DNA of 64,000 bases, taken from the NCBI GenBank assembly GCA_002269645.1, contig NIVC01003643.1, positions 1 through 64,000 on the forward strand, read 5' to 3'. The notes beneath the pieces are model-generated. The model did no database searches, was not told where the DNA came from, and saw only the letters and a program-made list of their open reading frames with translations. The stretch comes from Macrostomum lignano (taxonomy: Eukaryota). The position numbers and the translations under genes were made by a program. Below, piece by piece: positions 1-16,853 of the stretch (position 1 is its first letter; the number at the start of each line of letters is the position of its first letter).

Positions 1-113
1 GATTCGAATGCATATACGAGTTCACATGTACATGTACAATTAATTGTACCCGTACGAACGTACGTCTTCTGTAAATGTCATACATGTACAACCATGTAAA
101 TTATACAGTAGCA

Positions 114-3100
114 TCACAACTCATTGAAGGTGACCCCCATCCCTGCACTGTTCCGAATGCCAACGCCGCTCGGCTGTTTGATAGTTCCACAGTCAGCATC
201 ATCGTCTGCACTTTTACTATTCCGAGTTGCTGGTCGCCCGCCGGCCAATGAAACGCAGGCGACCGCCTTCCCGACCGCGCCTTTTGCGACGCCGACGTCC
301 AGCAGCTGATCTGCTGATTGCCGCGGCGTGCTCCGGCGACGCCTTGACGATGCCCAGCGCCTGCCTAACCGCCGGACCTTTTGAATGGCCTCCTCTTGCA
401 TCAGCTTGAAGCACATGGCGAATACGGACAAGGCGACGGCCACGTAGATGCAGGTGGCAATCAGCTTCTCTTTGGGGTTCTTTGGATCGATCTCGGTGCG
501 CAGAAGTGTTAAAAAGAGTTTTGAATTACATTCTGGTATAGTAAAGGAGATTTCTAAACTCTCCGCATGGCGCCACCCAAACTGTCAGCATGGCGCCACC
601 CAAACTCTCCGCATGGCGCACCCAAACTCTCCGCATGGCCCCACCCGAACTCTCAGCATGGCGCCACCCAAACTCTCCGCATGGCGCCACCCAAACTCTC
701 AGCATGCGCGCACCCAAACTCTCAGCATGGCCCCACCCAGAACTCTGCGCATGGCGCCACCCAAACTGTCCGCATGGCGCCACCCAAACTCTCCGCATGG
801 CGCCACCCAAACTCTCCGCATGGCACCACCCGAACTCTCCGCATGGCGCCACCCAAACTGTCCGCATGGCGCCACCCAAACTCTCCGCATGGCGCACCCA
901 AACTCTCGCATGGCCACCACAAACTCTCAGCATGGCCCCCCAGAACTCTGCGCATGGCCCCACCCAAAACTGTCCGCATGGCGCCACCCAAACTCTCAGC
1001 ATGGCCCCACCCGAACTCTGGCATGGCGCCACCCAAACTGTCCGCATGGCGCACCCAAACTGTCCGCATGGCGCCACACCAAACTCTCCGCATGGCGCCA
1101 CCCAAACTGTCCGCATGGCGCCACCCAAACTCTCAGCATGGCCCACCCGAACTCTCAGCATGGCCCCACCGAACTCTGCGCATGGCGCCACCAAACTGTC
1201 CGCATGGCGCCACCCAAACTGTCCGCATGGCGCCACCCAAACTCTCCGCATGGCGCCACCAAACTGTCCGCATGGCGCCACCCAAACTCTCAGCATGGCG
1301 CCACCCAAACTTCAGCATGGCGCCACCCAAACTCTCCGCAGGGCGCCACCCAGAACTCTGCGCATGGCGCCCCTAAGCTCATGTTTCATAAAGCGTATCG
1401 CCGATTCATATCCAAGCTTTTTTAGCAGCAAGAAGACTTAAAAGTACGTGCTCGATGTATTGCAGCTATACTGTAATGTTATTTGTCGACATAATTAGTA
1501 CATGCTGAAGGTATTTCAGGCTTATGGCTGGGTAATAGTAGTCTTTGGTTTTAGATTGAGTTTATTAAAAGTTCTCACGCTATTAGAACTATCAATCTCA
1601 GCTCAAACAAACCCGCCGAACAGTTCGGAGTTGTTTGAAGACAATCGTGTGCATCTTTGACTGCACTGCTTTTGCTGCAAAAGCAACAAATTCTCAGCAA
1701 ATTAACTGCGACTCAGTTGGCTTTTAAGCAAGGCGTCAGAGAAAAATGTCTCACTGTGTTTTAAGCCCTAAAACGAGCTCAATTTAATAGCTAACAGACA
1801 CAATTGATAGCTGTCAAGAAGATGAAGCTGAGAAGCTGAGAGGCCAACAATTAATCTTGCTCGAATGGTTTCTGCATGGTCTATTTTCCTTTTATAATTG
1901 CGCTACGCTTTTGCGGCAGTAGAAAGTATGAGAAATTATTATTCATAATTGTGCTACTTAGCGGACCGTGGGAAGCGGCAGGTGGACTCTGAGACCTACG
2001 CAGCTCTAATTTGCCCCGCTGTCTCCCTTGCAGGTATCGCTGAGTAGCTGCTGCATCGTCTCTGAAGCGTGAACATTTCCTGCACCGGTCTTGGAACGCA
2101 CCGAAAGCTCCGTTGCACAAGGACTGCTACGGTTCTGAGTGACCGCGGTGATCTCTGACTCACTGACTTCGTCTCTGACTTCTCTCTTTCTATAGTTGAT
2201 TCTTTAGTATAGTGGCTTCACCCCGTCGCGCTCGCGAAGTAATTGAAACTGCCATAATGATTTTTTTAAAGAGCAAGCTTTCCTTTCTAAAAGAGCAACG
2301 AAATCATTGTACATGTTCGTCTGCATAACCATTTTTAATGGTTGCTCAGGTTACTCAGGTTGTTTTTAGTTACAAGCGTTACAAGTTACATGTTACAAGG
2401 CTTGGTCCTCAAGAGTGTTAATTTCACGAGCAGAGTCAATCGAGATTCCCAATTTAGCCCTAAGTTAATGTGACTGACGGCACTTGGAATCGAGCCTGGG
2501 CCGCTGGCACATCATAGCGCCGCGCTGGACCCTGTCTCAGAGAGAATTACTCTTTTGAAAAAAACTATTTTGGGTAGGAGTGTCACTTCCATATCTCCAG
2601 TGTTCCCAGCTCTGGGTCGGGCTCCTCCGATTCTTATTTTATTTTTCAATTTTGACATCCCTCTCAAATCTGCATGAGTTTCCAGGGCCTCGGAGCAGAT
2701 CGAACGCTGCGGGGAGCCTTCTCTGAGCGGCGGGAAAAAGCGTTAGACTTGGGAAGTAATCATTTTTCAAAGGAAATCACCATTCCATTGGCGGCCTCTT
2801 GAGAGGCATACTGTATGGCAGCGTATCGAGCGCCAGCTAAGAAGAGGGCCCTCATCGCCCTGGCTGGGCCGCTGCCGCCTTACCTGGCACAATGTCGCCA
2901 AAACCGATTGTGCTCAGCGTGATGAAGCAGAAGTAGGACCACTTCACGTAGTCCCTATTCTCCCAGATGGTGAATAGAATGAGCCCAGCACAACATATCC
3001 GACCATGAGTGTCACTGATGAGAACTCAGCGGCACCGTCACTTTGCGCAATCTCCGGCTCACAGACAGCCGCTGGAGTCGATCAGTCGACGGCGAAGATC

Positions 3101-5293
3101 AGCAGCCGCTGCATTCGGTGGTGGTTCTGTCGCCTGCGCGAGGTCTCCTGGAACAGCGACGGCTCCGGCAGCCACGGCAGCGCTGGCCGCAATGCTGCTG
3201 GGGCCAACCGAATTCTCCAAGTCATGGCTGACCGCCAGTGCTTCAATGTCCAGCGAGCCAACAATCTCCAATGGGTTGGAAGATGCCAGCGACATGGTCG
3301 ACGATGAGGATGAGTCTTCAGAAGAGGGATGCTCCGGACTTGGTAGGCTGATGTAGCTGATGCATCTGGGCAGCGGCTCGGCCTCCCGCTCAACCTCGTT
3401 AACTGTTTTGACGCCGGCTGCTGGTCCAGAAAAATCCCAATCGATGACGGTCCAATCAACCAGCGTGCCGCGCATTGTGACGGTGCTCTCGCGAGGTTAG
3501 TGGTGGTGGGCGCTTCTGGCACCGAGTGACTGCGGACAAGCGGCGTGCGGACCTGCGGACGAGCCGCCGTAGCCGGGAGAATCCTAGCTGTGGCGACGCC
3601 CGCCCGAACCCTCGTCGAGTCCTGACCGGAGGAGTCGACGGCGGCTGGGTTGATTTCGACCGGCTTCGCTTCAAACAGAAGATCCCGCTTTGTGCGCGAC
3701 GACTCTGGAAGCGGCGCCTCTCTGGCGTGAGCCGCAGATTCCGATGCCGTGCGAGACAACGGCCTAGCAAAATCGGTTTTGACGCGAACAATATCGAATG
3801 CCTCTCGGTGGCGACTCCTTCGTCGGGTTGTCTCACTGTCGTTGCCCTCTCCGTTGTCTTGCCGGTCAAAAAGGCGCATGCGTTTCAACCGCGCCGGCAG
3901 GTGTTACTGTACAGGTAGCGGAACCCGTCGGCAAGGTAGTCACCGATGTTATTCAGGTAGAGAAACATTAGCGGTATGCGAGGAACGCACAGGCCATGGT
4001 ACCCAGCATGCCCTCCAGTGTCTTCGGCACCGCGTGTCCGTAGCCTACAGATGCATATGATTTGGCTTGAAGCTGATTTGATGTAATGGAAAACTTGTGC
4101 AGTTTTGGAGTCTCTGATCCTATAGCTATATACGCTGCCTCCCAGCTGGGCGCCAGAGCAAGTCACTGCACTCTTCCCAGCTGGGTAATATTTCTGCTTG
4201 ACTTCCGTCGCTATCACCCCGGGCATAGCACAGATTGAAAATGAATAAACAAAGAAGCATATATCCCGAATGGTTCTACAGCTTTGCCGCTAATCAGAGA
4301 CTGCTTCTCGTACAACAAGGCGAACGTTTACGGCTTAAGAACATCCGGCTGTCTTTCAATCATCGTCTATTTTCAGATCCTGTCTCTCGGGCTGGCCCAG
4401 AATGATACCTATATCAATTTTGCACCATATGAACACTTTGGTTGCCCTGATGTTGCATTAATTATGATATCCTCGTCGCCAAATGAGCCGGCATGTGGGA
4501 ACGACTTCTACCCCACTGCTTAAAGAAGTAGCCTGAGAATCCCGGACAGTGCACTGCTTCGCTGCAGCGAAGAGCGGTATAAACGATATGCAACAGCATA
4601 TTTTATGTCTATTAGCAGCTATTTTTTAGGGCACAGTAATATCGATAGCAGCCGTCATGCTAGTTATAATAAGTCTGCCACCCCGTCACTGCAGTCAGTT
4701 GAAAAGTGCAACCAAGGGAGCGGTCAAGAGCTCGACAAACTCACCGATAGTTGTGATAATTGTGACCACAAACAGCAGCGCCCCCGGCAAGTTCCAAGTG
4801 TACTCGTGCTCCTGCAAGCTGCCATTCCAACCGTCCTCCTTCACATACTTGGTAATGTTGGCCACAACCTGAGCGAGGGTCTCGTTGGCCAGGTGGCCCA
4901 GTTTAGCCAGCTGACTGTCGGTCAGGAAGCACCTGCTGCTCGAATTTTCTCGAATTTCCACGACACTCTCGAGCAGAGCAGCCGCTTCTGCCTGCTAAGA
5001 AACGTCGCCAGAGTGTTATTCTTGAACCGCCGAATCTGCTCACGCAGACTGAGCTCGAAAGGCAGCTCGATGGCTTGGAAGGCGAGACCGCCAGCTAGGA
5101 TGTAGGCGACAATGAGGCAGGACAGTCCAATGTGGCTGAAAGTGAAGGCCAGAAACTTCTTGCAGAAGGTGCCCGCTTGTCGGAGTTGTCTCCGTCGGCG
5201 CTCGCGCTTCTTCAATCGGCGCCGTTCCAGCCGGGACAGACGCTGACGTCGCGATGATGACGACGCCACCGACACCTGGCGTTCAGTGGGCAT
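114..5293 (-). pseudogene. Two-pore-domain (K2P/TWIK-type) potassium channel; reading frame broken by several 1-nt deletions (pseudogene or assembly error). Exons approx. 5293-4745, 4044-2884, ~500-114
   Basis: TM1 FSHIGLSCLIVAYILAGGLAFQAIE; P1 WNLPGALLFVVTIITTIG|YGHAVPKT across a GT-AG intron (4744..4045); TM2 IPLMFLYLNNIGDYLADGFRYLY; P2 SYFCFITLSTIGFGDIVPG (donor at 2883); TM4 KLIATCIYVAVALSVFAMCFKLMQEE. Frame changes are needed at ~4995, ~3979, ~3890 and more. Confidence 0.85.
545..1372. repeat. Minisatellite, ~23-nt unit CATGGCGCCACCCAAACTCTCCG, ~36 copies, in K2P intron
   Basis: Directly visible tandem units; many carry single-base deletions. Confidence 0.95.
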
Positions 5294-6429
5294 TTGGATT
5301 TGTCGCTTGCAGGACTGAGGGTGCTACCTACCGGGGATTCAGCATATTTTCCACCTTAATCCGCTTTCAACTCAGCTCGGTCTTCCCATCCACCGCGCCT
5401 ATGCAGCCAGCCAATGAAAGCGAGGCTGTCATTCCCCAAGCGAAGTCTTTCTTCCTTCCCGACGACTGCTGCAAGCTTGCAGTGTCAGCCCAGCAAAGCA
5501 GTGTTTGTCGGAGGCAAAGTATTGCATAGCAAACTCTGCCGGGGCGACTAAACTCTCTTAGCATGATTTCAGCTTCACATAAGCAATGAAGTTATTCAAC
5601 TCAACTGGAGGGGTTGGGGGCAAGCATTGTATACCGAATGCAAACACTTTGCAGTGTTGCAGGTGAGCAGAGTACGAGTATTTTACAGTTTTGCACTCGC
5701 TGCTTTCTCAAATAGCGTGATCCATTAGTTACAATGCATTTTGCAGCCGCCCACTCAAGAAGCTAAGACTACATTAGAGTCTGACTAGCAATGCATTTGA
5801 GCAGTTTCAGAGTCAGAAATAGAGTATCACGCCTATTTTCGATGCTCTCATCACGCCGCATCGCGCACTGGTCATTGTGAGTGGAGATGTAGCTATAGAA
5901 CAAGAATAGCCTAGCGGTCCACGCGTCCAGCCGTCTAACAGGCCCAGCGCACCTTGAGCAGTGCGTCACAGTAAATTATACCTATCCAACCCACACGCAG
6001 AGTGCCGAGTAAGTCCATGAGAAGCAGCGAAGGCTTTGCGCTTTTTATCTAGATGAATGCTAACTGTTCGCTACTAGACCCTGGGCAATTGTCACTACGG
6101 CAGTCGCAGAATAATAAAAAGAACTTCAGTCTTTCAAACCATTTTTTAAGCCTCCCAGGCCCATAAAATCACTCAGCAGCATCGTGATGTCCCTCGGTCC
6201 ACGCCACGCCACTTCGTACCCCATTAACGGAGCAATTTCGCTCGCTTAATGAGGGCTGCCCAATAGCTTTAACCAGCTGCGACAATGTAGCCGTCGCATT
6301 GTCTTACTCGTCTGTCTGCTCTATTCAAGATGGCGATTATAAAAGAAGGGCAGATTATGAACTCTGTTAGAGACTACTTGAGCCCACTCAGACTAAGGAG
6401 TCTGACATCATATTTTTAATGCTATTACA

Positions 6430-8915
<2,486 letters not shown>

Positions 8916-9388
8916 ATGCGCAAATGACGCTACTGACTACCGAAAAATAGTAGTATGATTGAGTCACTCCCGTCTTGCCTGACACATCATCAGCACCTTC
9001 CCGTGATTTTCTCAACCATTTTCTCCCTCATTCTTCATCCTCAATTGTTTCGTTTTCAATAACAAAATGCCTGCCGTCCAACGATGCTAGCAACAAGCTG
9101 TAAAGTTTGCTTCTAAATTCTTAATTTTAGTTTTTGCAATTGCCTAGTAGTGCAGCCGCCATGTATTCATGAGCAGCTTGAGTTGCCAAGCCTTCGGTAG
9201 AGACTTCTCAGTAAAGCGCTTTGAAGAACGAGATTCTCAAGGACCTCGAGTGCAGATGGCAAAGCGTAATTCGGGGAAAACAAAGGAGAGCAACTGCAGC
9301 TCGTAGGCATGCCGAAATGTCAGAGCGCTTTTGAGATATTTGAGTATGTAAACAGTATCTCCATTGATTAAAAGTACTTAATTTATAA

Positions 9389-9691
<303 letters not shown>

Positions 9692-10574
9692 CCTCGTAGA
9701 TAGATGGATAGATAGACAGGCAGGTAGACAGACTGGCAGACCGACAGAAAAGCACTTTTAATTGAAGCAGAATGGATGAGAGATCTTTCGTGTTTTGTTT
9801 CAAGTGCACTTGTCTCTCCTAGGGGCCAAGAATATTCGACCCTCCGCTCTGCGCATCTCTCCTGCGCTCACTCCAGTACTTTTTTGAGTGCCGATGAGCT
9901 GCCAGCTGTGCCTCATCAAGATCGCTCTTAAGATTTGAAGATTTCCAGCCAGAGGGACTGCTCGGGTAGCGCATTCTGGAGAACTCGTGCAGAGTCTACG
10001 GTAGAACTGTACTATAAATTTTACTCTATGTAAAAGATCTCTTATTGAGATTCAAGCGTTGCGATAATTCGGTCTCAACCCATCTCATCTATCTAATGCA
10101 TAATTGAGAAGCCTCAATGCCGCTCCCAAAAAGCAACACCAAAGGCTCTTAAACCCGAAAAAAGCCAACTCACGAAAGAAAAGTTACTATTGAGACTTTT
10201 TAGCCGGCTTAGCGAATTCCATTCAAGCAATGGGTCTCGAAGAAGCAGAAGCAGATGTCAGGGGATGGCTGCAAGCATAGATGGAATAATGCTCAAGCAG
10301 CAAGGAACTTTCTCACGCACTATAGCAGACTGGCTGAGTGAGCAGCTACTCAAGGGGACTCATTTGCCCCAGCAGTATTGGATTAATGCGGCATCCTCAC
10401 TGGCACTGGGCCTGAGGGCGGTGATCGATCACTGCATGGCAAGTCCATCATTCGACACGCTCTCAGAATCCTTTTCACTCCATTATGAGAATCATCTTAC
10501 ACAGTCGGCTTCATGAGCATCATCGATTATTGAGGCATTGCGGAGGCTGCTTAAGCTTCTCACGCTGTTACCTG

Positions 10575-10878
10575 TCCATAGACATGTCACACATGCCTTC
10601 ACTATAGACAAGACACATATCACAGTGCCATAGACACATGTCATAATGTACCATAGACACATGCCAGTACCATAGACACACGCCATATGTACCATAGACA
10701 CACGCCATATGTACTATAGACACATGCCAGTACCATAGACACACGCCATTTGTACCATAGACACACGCCATATGTACCATAGACACACGCCGTATGTACC
10801 ATAGACACATGCCAGTACCATAGACACACGCCATATGTACCAAGACACACGCCATATGTACTATAGACACATGCCAGT
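10575..10878. repeat. Minisatellite, 19-22-nt unit GTACCATAGACACACGCCATAT
   Basis: Directly visible tandem units. Confidence 0.9.
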
Positions 10879-10937
10879 TCCAAATCAGACGTATCAAATA
10901 GCATCTGCTCCGAACTACGGCAAGGAATTCAGTATTG

Positions 10938-10975
10938 ACTAGCAATCTAGTGCGGCCCCCCTTCGGGGCGCCCAA
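10938..10975 (-). mobile_element. Possible Helitron-type 3' terminus (GC-rich hairpin then CTAG, followed by T)
   Basis: Minus strand reads GGGCGCCCCGAAGGGGGGCCGCACTAGATTGCTAG-T: an imperfect hairpin shortly upstream of CTAG. No 5' end or Rep/helicase seen. Confidence 0.35.
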
Positions 10976-11164
10976 TAAGAAAGGAGCAAAAATAGTTCAT
11001 GGAAAAGAATAAAAAAACACATTTTCTTAAACACTAATTCCTTCTTCACATTTTAAAAATCACCTTATTCGTGTAAAATTGTCACGGACTAAGATGTTTG
11101 CAAAATTAAAAAATCACTTTTTCTCTAAAATTAACAAACAGTCAACAAAATATCGTTTCCCTAA

Positions 11165-11480
11165 ATAGAAAATATTCCCAAGACAGCAAGCAACCCCCTC
11201 CAAAAGTGAACAATCGCAGATAGCAAGCATCCTCTAATGCTCATAGCAAGAATCACCACAGATAGCAAGCATCTGCAGATTAGCAAGCACCCCCCAGATA
11301 TTATAGAAGCATCCACCCAGATAGCAAGCATCCACCCAGATAGCAAGCATCCTGCAGATAGCAAGAATCCCTAAATAGCAAGCATCCCTGGATAGAAAGA
11401 ATCCCATGCATGTAGCCAGTACCCCCTCTCCCAAATAGCAAGTATCTCCCCTCGAGAGCAAGCATCCACGAGACAGCAAG
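11165..11480. repeat. Degenerate tandem repeat with core GATAGCAAGCATCC
   Basis: Recurrent core about every 20 nt. Confidence 0.75.
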
Positions 11481-11499
11481 TAGCTAGTGCAAATGTTAC

Positions 11500-14400
11500 T
11501 TCCGCTAATGCAATAATCGCTTTCTCAGGTTGTGCAACAATCCACGTCTCAGCGAGCGCAATAATCTCTTTTTTAGACAGCGCAGTAATCAGCTTCTCAG
11601 CTAATGCAATAATCCTTGGTTTATCAAGTGCAATATTTGTTTATCAAGAGCAATAATCCTTGGTTTTTCAAGTGAAATAATCCTTGGTTTATCAAGTGCA
11701 ATAATCCTTTATTTATCAAGTGCAATAATCCTTGGTTTATTAAGTGCAATAATCCTTGGTCTATCAAGTGCAATAATCCTTGGTATATTAAGTGCAATAA
11801 TCCTTGGTTTATCAAGTGCAATAATCCTTGGTTTATTAAGTGCAATATTCCTTGGTTTATTAAGTGCAATAATCCTTGGTTTATCAAGTGCAATAATCCT
11901 TGGTTTTTCAAGTGCAATAATCCTTTGTTTATCAAGTGCAATAATCCTTGGTTTATTAAGTGCAATAATCCTTGGTCTATCAAGTGCAATAATCCTTGGT
12001 TTATTAAGTGCAATAATCCTTGGTTTATCAAGTGCAATAATCCTTGGTTTATTAAGTGCAATAATCCTTGGTTTATCAAGTGCAATAATCCTTGGTTTAT
12101 TAAGTGCAATAATCCTTGGTTTATCAAGTGCAATAATCCTTGGTTTATCAAGCGCAGTAATCCTTGGCTTATCCAGTGCAATAATCCTTGGTTTATCAAG
12201 TGCAATATTTGTTTATCAAGTGCAACAATCCTTGGTTTATCAAGTGAAATAATCCTTGGTTTATCAAGTGCAATAATGCTTGGCTTATTCACTGCTATAA
12301 TCCTTGGTTTATCAAGTGCAATAATCCTTGGTTTATCAAGCGCAGTAATCCTTGGCCTATCAAGTGCAATAATCCTTGGCTTATCAAGTGCAATAATCCT
12401 TGGTTTATCAAGTGCAATAATCCTTGGTTTATCAAGCGCAGTAATTTTTGGCCTATCAAGTGCAATAATCCTTGGTTTATCAAGTGCAATAATCCTTGGC
12501 TTATCAACTGCAATAATCCTTGGTTTATCAAGTGCAATAATCCTTGGTTTATCAAGCGCAGTAATCCTTGGCCTATCAAGTGCAATAATCCTTGGCTTAT
12601 CAAGTGCAATAATCCTTGGTTTATCAAGTGCAATAATCCTTGGTTTATTAAGTGCAATAATCCTTGGTTTATCAAGTGCAATAATCCTTGGTTTATCAAG
12701 CGCAGTAATCCTTGGCTTATCAAGTGCAATAATCCTTGGTTTATCAAGTGCAATATTTGTTTATCAAGTGCAATAATCCTTGGTTTATCAAGTGAAATAA
12801 TCCTTGGTTTATCAAGTGCAATAATCCTTGGCTTATTCACTGCTATAATCCTTGGTTTATCAAGTGCAATAATCCTTGGTTTATCAAGCGCAGTAATCCT
12901 TGGCCTATCAAGTGCAATAATCCTTGGCTTATCAAGTGCAATAATCCTTGGTTTATCAAGTGCAATATTTGTTTATCAAGTGCAATAATCCTTGGTTTAT
13001 CAAGTGCAATAATCCTTGGTTTATCAAGTGAAATAATCCTTGGCTTATCAACTGCAATAATCCTTGGTTTATCAAGTGCAATAATCCTTGGTTTAACAAG
13101 CGCAGTAATCCTTGGCCTATCAAGTGCAATAATCCTTGGCTTATCAAGTGCAATAATCCTTGGTTTATCAAGTGCAATAATCCTTGGTTTATCAAGCGCA
13201 GTAATCTTTGGCCTATCAAGTGCAATAATCCTTGGTTTATCAAGTGCAGTAATCCTTGGCCTACCAGTATCAAGTGCAATAATCCTTGGTTTATCAAGTG
13301 CAATAATTTTTGGTTTATTAGGTGCAATAATCCTTGGTTTATTAAGTGCAATAATCCTTGGTTTATCAAGCGCAGTAATCCTTGGCCTATCAAGTGCAAT
13401 AATCCTTGGCTTATCAAGTGCAATAATCCTTGGTTTATCAAGTGCAATAATCCTTGGTTTATCAAGCGCAGTAATCTTTGGCCTATCAAGTGCAATAATC
13501 TTTTATTTATCAAGTGCAATAATCCTTGGTTTATTAAGTGCAATAATCCTTGGTCTATCAAGTGCAATAATCCTTGGTTTATTAAGTGCAATAATCCTTG
13601 GTTTATCAAGTGCAATAATCCTTGGTTTATTAAGTGCAATATTCCTTGGTTTATTAAGTGCAATAATCCTTGGTTTATCAAGTGCAATAATCCTTGGTTT
13701 TTCAAGTGCAATAATCCTTGGTTTATCAAGTGCAATAATCCTTGGTTTATTAAGTGCAATAATCCTTGGTTTATCAAGTGCAATAATCCTTGGTTTATCA
13801 AGCGCAGTAATCCTTGGCTTATCAAGTGCAATAATCCTTGGTTTATCAAGTGCAATATTTGTTTATCAAGTGCAACAATCCTTGGTTTATCAAGTGAAAT
13901 ATTCCTTGGTTTATCAAGTGCAATAATCCTTGGCTTATTCACTGCTATAATCCTTGGTTTATCAAGTGCAATAATCCTTGGTTTATCAAGCGCAGTAATC
14001 CTTGGCCTATCAAGTGCAATAATCCTTGGCTTATCAAGTGCAATAATCCTTGGTTTATCAAGTGCAATATTTGTTTATCAAGTGCAATAATCCTTGGTTT
14101 ATCAAGTGCAATAATCCTTGGTTTATCAAGTGCAATAATCCTTGGCTTATCAACTGCAATAATCCTTGGTTTATCAAGTGCAATAATCCTTGGTTTATCA
14201 AGCGCAGTAATCCTTGGCCTATCAAGTGCAATAATCCTTGGCTTATCAAGTGCAATAATCCTTGGTTTATCAAGTGCAATATTTGTTTATCAAGTGCAAT
14301 AATCCTTGGTTTATCAAGTGCAATAATCCTTGGTTTATCAAGTGAAATAATCCTTGGCTTATCAACTGCAATAATCCTTGGTTTATCAAGTGCAATAATC

Positions 14401-16782
14401 CTTGGTTTAACAAGCGCAGTAATCCTTGGCCTATCAAGTGCAATAATCCTTGGCTTATCAAGTGCAAAAATCCTTGGTTTATCAAGTGCAATAATCCTTG
14501 GTTTATCAAGCGCAGTAATCTTTGGCCTATCAAGTGCAATAATCCTTGGTTTATCAAGTGCACAATTCCTTGGCCTATCAAGTGCAATAATCCTTGGTTT
14601 ATCAAGTGCAGTAATCCTTGGCCTACCAGTATCAAGTGCAATAATCCTTGGTTTATCAAGTGCAATAATTTTTGGTTTATTAGGTGCAATAATCCTTGGT
14701 TTATCAAGTGCAATAATCCTTGGTTTATCAAGCGCAGTAATCCTTGGCCTATCAAGTGCAATAATCCTTGGCTTATCAAGTGCAATAATCCTTGGTTTAT
14801 CAAGTGCAATAATCCTTGGTTTATCAAGCGCAGTAATCTTTGGCCTATCAAGTGCAATAATCCTTGGTTTATCAAGTGCAGAATTCCTTGGCCTATCAAG
14901 TGCAATAATCCTTGGTTTATCAAGTGCAGTAATCCTTGGTTTATCAAGTGCAATAATCCTTGGTTTATCAAGTGCAATAATTTTTGGTTTATTAGGTGCA
15001 ATAATCCTTGGTTTATTAAGTGCAATAATCCTTGGTTTATCTAGCGCAGTAATCCTTGGCCTATCAAGTGCAATAATCCTTGGCTTATCAAGTGCAATAA
15101 TCCTTGGTTTATCAAGTGCAATAATCCTTGGTTTATCAAGTGCAGTAATCCTTGGCCTATCAAGTGCAATAATCCTTGGTTTGCCAAGAGCAATAATCCT
15201 TAGTTTATCGAGTGCAGTAATCCTTAGTTTTCCAAGTGCAGTAATCCTTGGTTTATTAAGAGCAATAATCCTTGGCTTATCGAGTGCAGTAATCCTTGGT
15301 TTGCCAAGAGCAATAATCCTTTGTTTATCAAGTGCAATAATCCTTGGTTTATCAAGTGCAATAATCCTTGGTTTATCAAGTGCAATAATCCTTGGTTTAT
15401 CAGATGCAATAATCCTTGGCTTATCAACTGCAATAATCCTTGGTTTATCAGATGCAATAATCCTTGGCTTATCAACTGCAATAATCCTTGGTTTATCAAG
15501 TGCAATAATCCTTGGTTTATCAAGCGCAGTAATCTTTGGCCTATCAAGTGCAATAATCCTTGGTTTATCAAGTGCAATAATCCTTGGTTTATCAAGTGCA
15601 ATAATCTTTGGTTTATCAGATGCAATAATCCTTGGCTTATCAACTGCAATAATCCTTGGTTTATCAAGTGCAATAATCCTTGGCTTATCAAGTGCAATAA
15701 TCCTTGGTTTATCAAGCGCAGTAATCTTTGGCCTATCAAGTGCAATAATCCTTGGTTTATCAAGTGCAGTAATCCTTGGCCTATCAAGTGCAATAATCCT
15801 TGGTTTATCAAGTGCACTAGTCTTTGGTTTATCGAGTGCAGTAATCCTTAGTTTTCCAAGTGCAGTAATCCTTGGTTTATTAAGAGCAATAATCCTTGGT
15901 TTATCGAGTGCAGTAGTCCTTGGTTTATTAATATCAATAATCCTTGAATAATCCAGTGCATTAATTTTTGGCTTATCAAGTGCAACATTCTTTACTATCA
16001 AGTGCAATAATCCATGGCTTATCAAGTGCTATAATCCTTGGCTTATCAAGTGCAATAATCCTTGGTTTATCAAGTGCAATAATCCTTTGTTTATCAAGTG
16101 CAATAATCCTTTGTTTATCAAGTGCAATAATCCTTTGTTTATCAAGTGCAATAATCCTTGGTTTATCAAGCGCAGTAATCCTTGGCTTATCAAGTGCAAT
16201 AATCCTTGGTTTATCAAGTGCAATAATCCTTGGTTTATCAAGCGCAGTAATCTTTGGCCTATCAAGTGCAATAGTCCTTGGTTTATCGAGTGCAGTAATC
16301 CTTGGTTTTCCAAGTGCAATAATCCTTGGCTTCTTGAGTGCAGTAATCCTTGGTTTGCCAAGAGCAATAGTCCTTGGTTTATCGAGTGCAGTAATCCTTG
16401 GTTTTCCAAGTGCAGTAATCCTTGGTTTATTAATAGCAATAATCCTTGGCTTCTTGAGTGCAGTAATCCTTGGTTTGCCAAGAGCAATAGTCCTTGGTTT
16501 ATCGAGTGCATTAATCCTTGGTTTTCCAAGTGCAATAATTCTTGGCTTCTTGAGTGCAGTAATCCTTGGTTTGCCAAGAGCAATAGTCCTTGGTTTATCG
16601 AGTGCAGTAATCCTTGGTTTTCCAAGTGCCGTAATCCTTGGTTTATTAATAGCAATAATCCTTGATTAATCAAGTGCAGTAATCTTTGGTTTGCCAAGAG
16701 CAATAGTCCTTGGTTTATCGAGTGCAGTAGTCCTTGGTTTATTAATAGCAATAATCCTTGGCTTATCGAGTGCAGTAATCTA
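11500..16782. repeat. Large satellite array, 24-nt unit ATCAAGTGCAATAATCCTTGGTTT, ~220 copies
   Basis: Directly visible; explains the LSSAIILG / INQGLLHL / DKPRIIAL pseudo-ORFs. Confidence 0.98.
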
Positions 16783-16853
16783 AGTGTTTTTATTTAGTCC
16801 TTTAATAAAACCTTTTAATAAAAAATTTTACACTACTACTTTTAAACTACTTA

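Noticed and set aside
448-1441. Multiple 260-325-aa ORFs (MAPPKLSAWRHPN...)
   Set aside because: Translations of an intronic 23-nt minisatellite, open in several frames on both strands with no unique flanking domain.
9800-10560. Exon-like GC-moderate stretches and a 108-aa ORF at 10190-10516
   Set aside because: No recognisable domain and no phase-consistent exon chain could be built.
11624-16751. Long Leu-rich ORFs (LSSAIILG, INQGLLHL, DKPRIIAL) resembling LRR or membrane proteins
   Set aside because: All are frames of one 24-nt satellite; frames switch at truncated units.
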